A DNA stretch of 64,000 bases, from positions 2,431-66,430 of the forward strand of contig JBOFRN010000045.1 in assembly GCA_051651025.1 (NCBI GenBank), given 5' to 3'. The translations under genes were made by a program, and so were the position numbers. A model generated the notes under the pieces. The model did no database searches and was not told the DNA's origin. It saw only the letters and a list, made by a program, of their open reading frames with translations. The DNA comes from Phocaeicola sp. Lineage in GTDB: Bacteria > Bacteroidota > Bacteroidia > Bacteroidales > Bacteroidaceae. This document shows, piece after piece, positions 57,511 through 64,000 of this stretch. How positions within the stretch are numbered: the first letter of the stretch is position 1; every line of letters starts with the position of its first letter.

Positions 57511-58695
57511 ATGACTTCAGAAAAACAAACCTATCTAAAAGCATGTAGCGATAAATATGTAGCCGATTTGACCGGAAATATTATGCCATTTTGGTTAAAG
57601 AATGGTATGGATACGATCAATGGAGGTCTCTATACCTGTCTAGATAGAGAAGGTAAGCTAATGGATGCAACAAAATCGGTGTGGTTTCAAGGCCGCTTTG
57701 GTTATATCTGTGCATATGCTTTTAATCATATCGAACGCAATGAAGAGTGGCTAAGGGCCTCTTTAAGCTGTATTGAGTTTATAGAGAAACACTGCTTTGA
57801 TACCGATGGGCACATGTTTTTTACGGTTACTGCAGAGGGAGCACCTGTCCAAAAACGCCGTTACGTATTTTCCGAATGTTTCGCAGCTATGGCTATGGGA
57901 GAGTATTCGAAAGCAACTGGCGATAAAAGTTACGCAGAAAAGGCTCTTTCGATATATAAGTCTATCCACAAAATGCTTAATACTCCTGGATTCTTAGACG
58001 CCAAGACTACAGTCGAGGCGCGTGGACACTCTATTACCATGATGCTTATTAATGTGGCCGTAGTAATTAAACAAGTCATACAAGATGAAATTCTCGATGA
58101 GCAAGTAAAAAGCTCCCTTTATGATATTGAGCACTACTTTATGCACCCCGAATACAAGGCGTTATTAGAGATGGTTTCTCCAACAGGCGAATTGATTGAT
58201 ACCTGTGCAGGTAGAACCATTAATCCAGGTCACTGTATAGAAACGGCTTGGTTTATGATGGAGGCAGCCAAAAGTACAGAGAGCCAAGAGCACATTAACC
58301 AAGTTGCTCTAACCATCCTTGATTGGTCGTATGATTGGGGATGGGATGAAGAGTTTGGTGGAATCATCAACTTTAAAGATTGCAAGAACTTCCCACACCA
58401 AGACTATTCACAAGACATGAAATTCTGGTGGCCACAATGCGAAACACTTATAGCGGCTCTCTATGCCTATAAAATAAGTGGTGATGAGAAATACCTCGAT
58501 ATGCACAAACAAATTCATGAGTGGATTTACAAGCACCTTGAAGATAAAGAGTTTGGTGAATGGTATGGCTATTTGCACCGCGATGGTAGTGTAGCTCAAC
58601 CAGCAAAGGGTAATATTTTTAAGGGTCCTTTCCACATTCCTAGAATGCTGGTAAAAGCACATCTGCTTTGTAAAGAGATACTCGAACAAGCATAA
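57511..58695 (+). CDS. N-acylglucosamine 2-epimerase (AGE / renin-binding-protein family)
   Basis: 394-aa ORF. An (alpha/alpha)6-barrel-type sequence is indicated by IMPFWLKNGMD, NPGHCIETAWFMMEA, WWPQCETLIA and FKGPFHIPRML. Bacteroides-type sialate operons use this enzyme for ManNAc to GlcNAc. Confidence 0.8.
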   Translation: MTSEKQTYLKACSDKYVADLTGNIMPFWLKNGMDTINGGLYTCLDREGKLMDATKSVWFQGRFGYICAYAFNHIERNEEWLRASLSCIEFIEKHCFDTDGHMFFTVTAEGAPVQKRRYVFSECFAAMAMGEYSKATGDKSYAEKALSIYKSIHKMLNTPGFLDAKTTVEARGHSITMMLINVAVVIKQVIQDEILDEQVKSSLYDIEHYFMHPEYKALLEMVSPTGELIDTCAGRTINPGHCIETAWFMMEAAKSTESQEHINQVALTILDWSYDWGWDEEFGGIINFKDCKNFPHQDYSQDMKFWWPQCETLIAALYAYKISGDEKYLDMHKQIHEWIYKHLEDKEFGEWYGYLHRDGSVAQPAKGNIFKGPFHIPRMLVKAHLLCKEILEQA

Positions 58696-58708
58696 TATCA
58701 GATAAGTT

Positions 58709-59155
58709 ATGATACTAACAACACTGAAGGATTGTTCTCGTTACGAGAATCTACACCCCAAGTTTAAGATGCTTTTCGAATACATGAAGAGCAATGATAT
58801 TCTTAACATGCCACTTGGACGTATTGAGATTTGTGGCGATGAACTCTTTGTAAACAATGTAGAACCTGCTGCTCTCTCTAAGGAGGAGCAGCCTTTGGAA
58901 CTTCATGAAAGTTATATTGATGTACACATGCTTTTTGCTGGCGAGGAAACCATGGGTTGGTTGCCTATACAGCGTATAACAACTTACTCTAAACCTTATG
59001 ATTCAGAGGCTGATTGTGCATTGACACTCGATACACCCACAACATACGTTACACTCAAGCCCTACGATATGGTAATTGTTTATCCTGAAGATGCACATGC
59101 TCCTTTAATAGGAGTGGGTAAAATCAGAAAGATGATTGCTAAAATTAAACTCTAA
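58709..59155 (+). CDS. YhcH/YjgK/YiaL-family (DUF386) cupin protein
   Basis: 148-aa ORF. LELHESYIDVH, VYPEDAHAP and KIRKMIAKIK align with my recollection of E. coli YhcH (ELHEQYIDIQ, FMPGEPHKP, IKKVVVKVK). Confidence 0.75.
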   Translation: MILTTLKDCSRYENLHPKFKMLFEYMKSNDILNMPLGRIEICGDELFVNNVEPAALSKEEQPLELHESYIDVHMLFAGEETMGWLPIQRITTYSKPYDSEADCALTLDTPTTYVTLKPYDMVIVYPEDAHAPLIGVGKIRKMIAKIKL

Positions 59156-59157
59156 AA

Positions 59158-59901
59158 ATGATGCATACCGATTTATGTAAAGCCAGCTATGGGCATGTGA
59201 AGGATAATACGTATCAAGTTGCTGTTTTACCCTGGGGAGCCATTGAGCCGCACAATCTCCATTTACCTTATACTACCGATGCTATTCTTTCGCACGCTAT
59301 CGCTATAGATGCTGCAAATCTCGCTTTTGAGCAAGAGGGAAGTCAAATTATGGTACTTCCTCCTATATTTTACGGTTCTCAGAATCCTGGTCAAAGAGAG
59401 CTTCCTTTTTGTATTCATGCTAGATACCAAACGCAATTCGCTATTTTGACTGATATTGTTGAATCGTTACACCACCAAGGTATTCGTAAATTAGTCATTG
59501 TAAATGGGCATGGTGGAAACTCTTATCGAAATATGATACGCGACTTGGCTGTTGATTATCCTGATTTCTTGGCCTGTTCTTGTGAGTGGTTTACTTTGGC
59601 TAAAGAGAGTCGCTATTTTGAAGAGAAAGGTGAGCATGCCCATGAACTAGAGACCTCTGTAATGTTGCATTATCATCCTGAATTGGTCGATATGGATCGA
59701 GCTGGTTCTGGCCAAAGTCGCTCACCTAGACTGAAACCATTGGTGGATGGTACGGTTTGGATGCCTCGTAATTGGAGTGAGATTTCGGAAGATACCGGTA
59801 TTGGTAATCCTCATAGGGCTACTGCAGAAAAAGGCAAACTATTTGCAGAAGCTGTAGTTAAGCGGTTAGCCAATGCATTGACTGAGATAGTCAAATACTA
59901 G
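59158..59901 (+). CDS. Creatininase-family metal-dependent amidohydrolase
   Basis: 247-aa ORF starting 2 nt after the YhcH stop. Family motifs are WGAIEPHNLHLPYTTD, VNGHGGN and HAHELETS. Confidence 0.75.
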   Translation: MMHTDLCKASYGHVKDNTYQVAVLPWGAIEPHNLHLPYTTDAILSHAIAIDAANLAFEQEGSQIMVLPPIFYGSQNPGQRELPFCIHARYQTQFAILTDIVESLHHQGIRKLVIVNGHGGNSYRNMIRDLAVDYPDFLACSCEWFTLAKESRYFEEKGEHAHELETSVMLHYHPELVDMDRAGSGQSRSPRLKPLVDGTVWMPRNWSEISEDTGIGNPHRATAEKGKLFAEAVVKRLANALTEIVKY

Positions 59902-60066
59902 AATGGATCCCCTTTTCTATGATCTTTATGAAGAGTCTAATATACTCGTTAATAAGCTGAAAAAATCAAGAGTGAATCCAGAAATATCATAGAGTAGTTT
60001 TTACTGAAGAGAACGGATATTCGTTATTCATCGAACAACTTTTAAATAAATAATAATACCCTAATC

Positions 60067-62409
60067 ATGAAAACCCAAATGAAGAGACTTAAAAAATGCG
60101 TGTATCTTCTCACGGCAAGTTTAGCCTTGTCTGCCTGTGCCGACAGAGCCCAAGTGGAAGGAGACTTTCAGGTTATCCCCTTACCTCAAGAGATAACTGT
60201 GCAGAGTGGTGCACCTTATTTACTTTCACCAACTTCTGTGATTGTTTATACAGAAGGTAATGAGAAACTACAACAAATAGCTTCTTTCTTAAAATCTTAC
60301 ATTCATACTTCGGTTGGATTTGAGCTTAAAACAGCAACAGCTCAGAGCGGGAAGGCAGCTATTAAGCTAACACTTGATAGCTCAATAACCAATCCTGAAG
60401 GATATCGTTTGTCGGTTAATGAAAAGGGTATTGAAATTGCTGGCTCTACAGAGGCAGGTATTTTCTATGGGGTGCAAACTTTGCGCAAATCTATTCCAGT
60501 TACTACTCAATCAGTCGATGTAGCACTTGCCGCAGTCGAAATAAATGATGAACCTCGTTTTGGCTATCGGGGTATGATGATTGATGTGAGTCGCCATTTC
60601 TTAAATGTAGAAGAGATGAAAACCTACATCGAAATATTGGCTTTACATAACCTAAATACCTTACACTGGCACTTAACAGATGATCAAGGATGGCGTATTG
60701 AGATTAAGAAATACCCCAAACTGACCGAGGTGGGTGCTAAGCGTACAGAAACCGTTATTGGTAGAAACTCTGGTGAGTTTGATGGTAAACCTTATGATGG
60801 ATTCTATACGCAAGATCAAATTCGTGAAGTGTTGGCTTATGCCGATCAGCACTTTATTACAGTTATTCCCGAAATTGATCTTCCAGGTCACCAACAGGCT
60901 GCATTGGCCTCATATCCTGAACTAGGATGTACCGGTGGTCCTTACCAAGTATGGAGAGAATGGGGTATTTCGGACGATGTAATCTGTGCCGGTAACGAAC
61001 AAGCACTTCTATTCCTTGAAGATGTACTTGATGAGGTAACGCAACTTTTCCCTTCTAAATACATTCACATCGGTGGTGACGAGTGTCCTAAAATTCGTTG
61101 GAAAGAGTGTCCCAAATGTCAAGCTCGTATTAAGTCATTGGGTATTAAAGGCGACAAGCAACACTCGGCCGAGGAGTATTTACAAAGTTACGTAATCTCT
61201 CGTATGGAGAAATTCTTAGAAGGAAAAGGCCGCCAAATTATTGGCTGGGATGAAATTCTAGAAGGTGGATTGGCTCCTAATGCTACAGTAATGAGCTGGA
61301 GAGGTATTCAAGGAGGTATCGAGGCTGCTAAACTAGGTCATGATGTTATTATGACACCCAACTCTTACCTCTATTTTGACCATTACCAAACAACTCTAAC
61401 CGATGATGAACCCTTAGCGATTGGTGGATACAACTCTTTGGAGAAAGTTTATAGCTATGATGCAGTTCCTGAAGGATTGACTGAAAGTGAACAAAAACAC
61501 ATCCTAGGGGTACAAGCCAACTTGTGGGCAGAGTATCTTCCTAATGTAGCACAAAACCAATACATGACTATGCCTCGTATTGCTGCTTTGGCTGAAATTC
61601 AATGGACACAACCCTCAAAAAAGGATTATAACAACTTCTTGCAACGCATTCCTAACTTAATTGCTCTGTATGATAAACTAGGTTACAACTATGCCAAGCA
61701 TATTTTTGATGTGCATGCAGAGTTTACTTCCAATACCGAGATAAGAGAGGTGATCATTGCACTTTCTACCTTGAGCCAAGGGAATATCCATTATACACTT
61801 GATGGAACAGAGCCTACATCTGCCAGTGCCATTTATGAATCACCCTTACATATTAAAGAGAGTGTACAGTTTAGAACAGCTGTTATTCAGCCCAATGGAA
61901 CACGTAGCCGTATTCTTTCTGAAAACATTAAATTTGGCAAATCAACTGCTAAAGCAATTACTTTGGCTCAAGAGCCTAGTCGTGGTTATAGCTTCAATGG
62001 TGCTCCTGTATTAAATGATGGACTTAGTGGAGGATCGAACTATAAAACAGGACGTTGGTTGGGTTTCCAAGGTAAAGATGTCGATGCAATAATTGATTTG
62101 AACGAGACTATGGAAATCAGCAAAGTAGCGTTTAATACCAATGTCGTACCTGCCGATTGGATTATGGGTGCTAGAGGTATCACAGTATCTGTTTCAGAAG
62201 ATGGAAAATCGTTCAAGCAAATTTTCAATAAGGAGATTCCCTCATTAAAATCGACAGACAAAGAGGGCCTTTATCCTCATGAAGTTAGCTTTGAAAAGAT
62301 TGCTACACGTTATGTGCGTGTAGTGATTAAAGGTGATAAACTCCCTTCATGGCATGGAGGAGCCGGTAAACCTGCTTATCTATTTGTTGACGAAATCAAT
62401 ATTGATTAA
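60067..62409 (+). CDS. GH20 beta-N-acetylhexosaminidase with C-terminal F5/8-type-C (discoidin/CBM32-like) domain
   Basis: 780-aa ORF with the lipobox SLALSAC, canonical LHWHLTDDQGWRIE, IDLPGH and HIGGDEC. The C-terminal roughly 150 aa are discoidin-like (NDGLSGGSNYKTGRWLGFQG...YVRVV). Confidence 0.9.
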   Translation: MKTQMKRLKKCVYLLTASLALSACADRAQVEGDFQVIPLPQEITVQSGAPYLLSPTSVIVYTEGNEKLQQIASFLKSYIHTSVGFELKTATAQSGKAAIKLTLDSSITNPEGYRLSVNEKGIEIAGSTEAGIFYGVQTLRKSIPVTTQSVDVALAAVEINDEPRFGYRGMMIDVSRHFLNVEEMKTYIEILALHNLNTLHWHLTDDQGWRIEIKKYPKLTEVGAKRTETVIGRNSGEFDGKPYDGFYTQDQIREVLAYADQHFITVIPEIDLPGHQQAALASYPELGCTGGPYQVWREWGISDDVICAGNEQALLFLEDVLDEVTQLFPSKYIHIGGDECPKIRWKECPKCQARIKSLGIKGDKQHSAEEYLQSYVISRMEKFLEGKGRQIIGWDEILEGGLAPNATVMSWRGIQGGIEAAKLGHDVIMTPNSYLYFDHYQTTLTDDEPLAIGGYNSLEKVYSYDAVPEGLTESEQKHILGVQANLWAEYLPNVAQNQYMTMPRIAALAEIQWTQPSKKDYNNFLQRIPNLIALYDKLGYNYAKHIFDVHAEFTSNTEIREVIIALSTLSQGNIHYTLDGTEPTSASAIYESPLHIKESVQFRTAVIQPNGTRSRILSENIKFGKSTAKAITLAQEPSRGYSFNGAPVLNDGLSGGSNYKTGRWLGFQGKDVDAIIDLNETMEISKVAFNTNVVPADWIMGARGITVSVSEDGKSFKQIFNKEIPSLKSTDKEGLYPHEVSFEKIATRYVRVVIKGDKLPSWHGGAGKPAYLFVDEINID

Positions 62410-62515
62410 CATATAATCTAGATAGAACTCTTTTTCTTTAAGAACTCTGTAATACATCGTCTGAACATGAAATTAATTTCTTTTCAATGCGATCTGTTAC
62501 AGAGTTCGAAAATTT

Positions 62516-62538
62516 AATGGGATTGATAATCCCATTTT
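62516..62538 (+). terminator. Small hairpin + T-run
   Basis: aatggga (62516-22) pairs with tcccatt (62530-36), and the T-run extends to 62538. It lies downstream of the GH20 gene. Confidence 0.35.
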
Positions 62539-62563
62539 GTAAATACTTAATGAAACAGAACCG

Positions 62564-63949
62564 ATGAACACAAAAAGAATATTATTGGGTAGCGCTATCC
62601 TACCTTTAGCAAGCATTGGGCTTTCGGCAGCACAGGCTCACGAAAAGCCCAATGTGATTTTTATCCTTGTAGACGATTTAGGGATTGGTGACTTGGGTTG
62701 TTATGGCCAAAGAATCATCAAAACTCCTCATATTGACCAAATGGCTGCCAATGGCGTGCTATTTACGAACCACTACTCAGGTTCTACGGTAAGTGCCCCT
62801 TCGCGTTGCTCGCTTCTTACAGGCAAGCATACCGGCCACACCTTTATTCGTGGCAACATAGGCTACCGTCATACCGATGGATTCCCGTACGACTTGCCAC
62901 TAAAGGATGAAGAGTTTACGGTGGGTGAACTATTTCAAGCCAATGGGTATAAGACACTCTGTTTTGGTAAATGGGGATTAGGCGGTCCCGATTCGGAAGG
63001 TCATCCTAACAAACAAGGGTTTGATCACTTCTATGGCTATCTTGGGCAGGCCAATGCCCACTCATATTATCCCCAACAAATATTTGAGAATAATACACCT
63101 GTAGTCCTAAACAGAGCCGTTTATACGCACGACTTAATCGCAGGTAAAGCCCTCGATTTTCTGAAATCAGAATCGAAGGATCCCTATTTTGTCTATCTTT
63201 CAATCACACTTCCCCATGCCGACTTGGTTGTACCCGAGGAGGATAGAGCAGGTTATAAAGATAAATTCCCCGAAATCAACTATCCGGGTCCCTATAGAGC
63301 GCAAGAACAGCCTCGAGCTACCTATGCAGCTATGGTAACTCGTATTGACCAAACGGTAGGTGCCGTGATTGAGGCATTGAAACAGAGTGGTCAGTATGAA
63401 AATACATTGATTCTCTTTGCTTCCGACAATGGTATTCATCAAGAGGGAGGTATTGATCCCTACTTTTTCGATAGCAACGGCCCCTTCCGTGGTGGAAAAC
63501 GAGATTTGTATGAGGGAGGTATTCGTACGCCATTTATTGCCTCTTTCCCCAAGTATGTAAAAGAGGGTCGTGTCTCTTACCATGCCGGTGCATTTTGGGA
63601 CTTTTTTCCCACTGTATGCGATTTGATTGGTGCTAAACAGCCTCAAGGTTTAGATGGTATCTCGTATCTTCCTCAAATTACAGGTGCTGGAAAACAAAAA
63701 GAGCACGATACTTTCTACTTTGAATTTCATGAACAAGGAGGAAAGCAAGCCTTAATTCAAGGTGATTGGAAGTTAATCCGCTTGGGTGTAAATACGGATA
63801 AACCCCGTTTGGAGCTTTATAACTTGGCAAAAGATGTTGCAGAGGTGGCGAATGTAGCTGCGCAATACCCTAAAAAAGTAGATGAACTTGTCAAGCTAAT
63901 GGATAAAGAACGCAGTTCGAACGAAAACTGGGAGTTCACCAAAAAATAG
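62564..63949 (+). CDS. Sulfatase (S1 family, Ser-type formylglycine motif)
   Basis: 461-aa ORF with a signal peptide, VIFILVDDLGIGDLGCYG, the FGly motif SAPSRCSLLTGKH, and LFASDNG. Confidence 0.88.
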   Translation: MNTKRILLGSAILPLASIGLSAAQAHEKPNVIFILVDDLGIGDLGCYGQRIIKTPHIDQMAANGVLFTNHYSGSTVSAPSRCSLLTGKHTGHTFIRGNIGYRHTDGFPYDLPLKDEEFTVGELFQANGYKTLCFGKWGLGGPDSEGHPNKQGFDHFYGYLGQANAHSYYPQQIFENNTPVVLNRAVYTHDLIAGKALDFLKSESKDPYFVYLSITLPHADLVVPEEDRAGYKDKFPEINYPGPYRAQEQPRATYAAMVTRIDQTVGAVIEALKQSGQYENTLILFASDNGIHQEGGIDPYFFDSNGPFRGGKRDLYEGGIRTPFIASFPKYVKEGRVSYHAGAFWDFFPTVCDLIGAKQPQGLDGISYLPQITGAGKQKEHDTFYFEFHEQGGKQALIQGDWKLIRLGVNTDKPRLELYNLAKDVAEVANVAAQYPKKVDELVKLMDKERSSNENWEFTKK

Positions 63950-64000
63950 GTAGAGGTTTATAAATGTCCACGCTCATTTAAACTCCAGTTATTGCATCTC

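Noticed and set aside
62442-62507. 11-bp inverted repeat (gaactctgtaa / ttacagagttc) with a 44-nt spacer, as a possible invertible promoter
   Set aside because: Bacteroides invertible promoters are flanked by longer repeats around segments of about 150-400 bp and usually sit near a recombinase gene. This one is too small, no recombinase is nearby, and no promoter box was seen inside.

Overview
This looks like a Bacteroidota (Bacteroidales-like) chromosomal segment. The evidence is SusC/SusD genes, lipoprotein signal peptides and TAnnTTTG-type -7 boxes. It holds about 50 genes. I found no rRNA, tRNA, CRISPR array, integrase, transposase, phage or defence genes. All family calls come from reading motifs by eye; no database search was run.

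Layout:
(1) 1-5.0 kb: branched-chain amino-acid operon leuA'(partial)-leuC-leuD-cimA-like-leuB. It contains an unannotated 33-codon membrane-peptide ORF and ends in an unusually long 33-35 bp perfect hairpin.
(2) 5.1-18.3 kb: beta-glucan (laminarin-type) polysaccharide utilisation locus. It encodes a membrane-anchored propeller/Y_Y_Y-LuxR sensor without kinase or receiver domains, SusC, SusD, a PKD plus duplicated-domain surface glycan-binding protein, BACON-GH16 and GH3.
(3) 18.7-30.3 kb: mixed housekeeping genes. These are a TPR protein, recQ, an AraC-HTH protein, DPP III plus an adjacent AlkD-like HEAT protein, a Fur-family regulator, purA, a hotdog thioesterase, a NahK-like N-acetylhexosamine 1-kinase, a Crp/Fnr regulator and an acyltransferase-3.
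(4) 30.5-64 kb: a large sialoglycan / mucin O-glycan island with no SusC/D pair. It carries two GH33 sialidases, a third BNR propeller lacking the RIP motif, and two divergent N-acetylneuraminate-lyase paralogues. It also has a GntR/FCD regulator, an AGE-type epimerase, YhcH, a creatininase-family protein, and a NanM-like Kelch protein plus a Kelch-SSS transporter fusion. The remainder is an MFS transporter, three O-acetylesterase domains, two GH20, one GH2, two GH109-like Gfo/Idh/MocA proteins (one with no signal peptide), two Ser-type sulfatases and a decayed DUF4091/GH123-like gene.

Most second-look-worthy:
- the 4 x 22-bp phased palindromic repeat array at 35959-36046
- the YhcH-creatininase gene pair inside a nan operon
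- the Kelch-SSS fusion
- the RIP-less BNR protein
- the cytoplasmic GH109-like paralogue
- candidate operators (palindromes at 35721-35737 and 56225-56240)

I cannot claim from sequence alone that any of these is a truly undescribed system.
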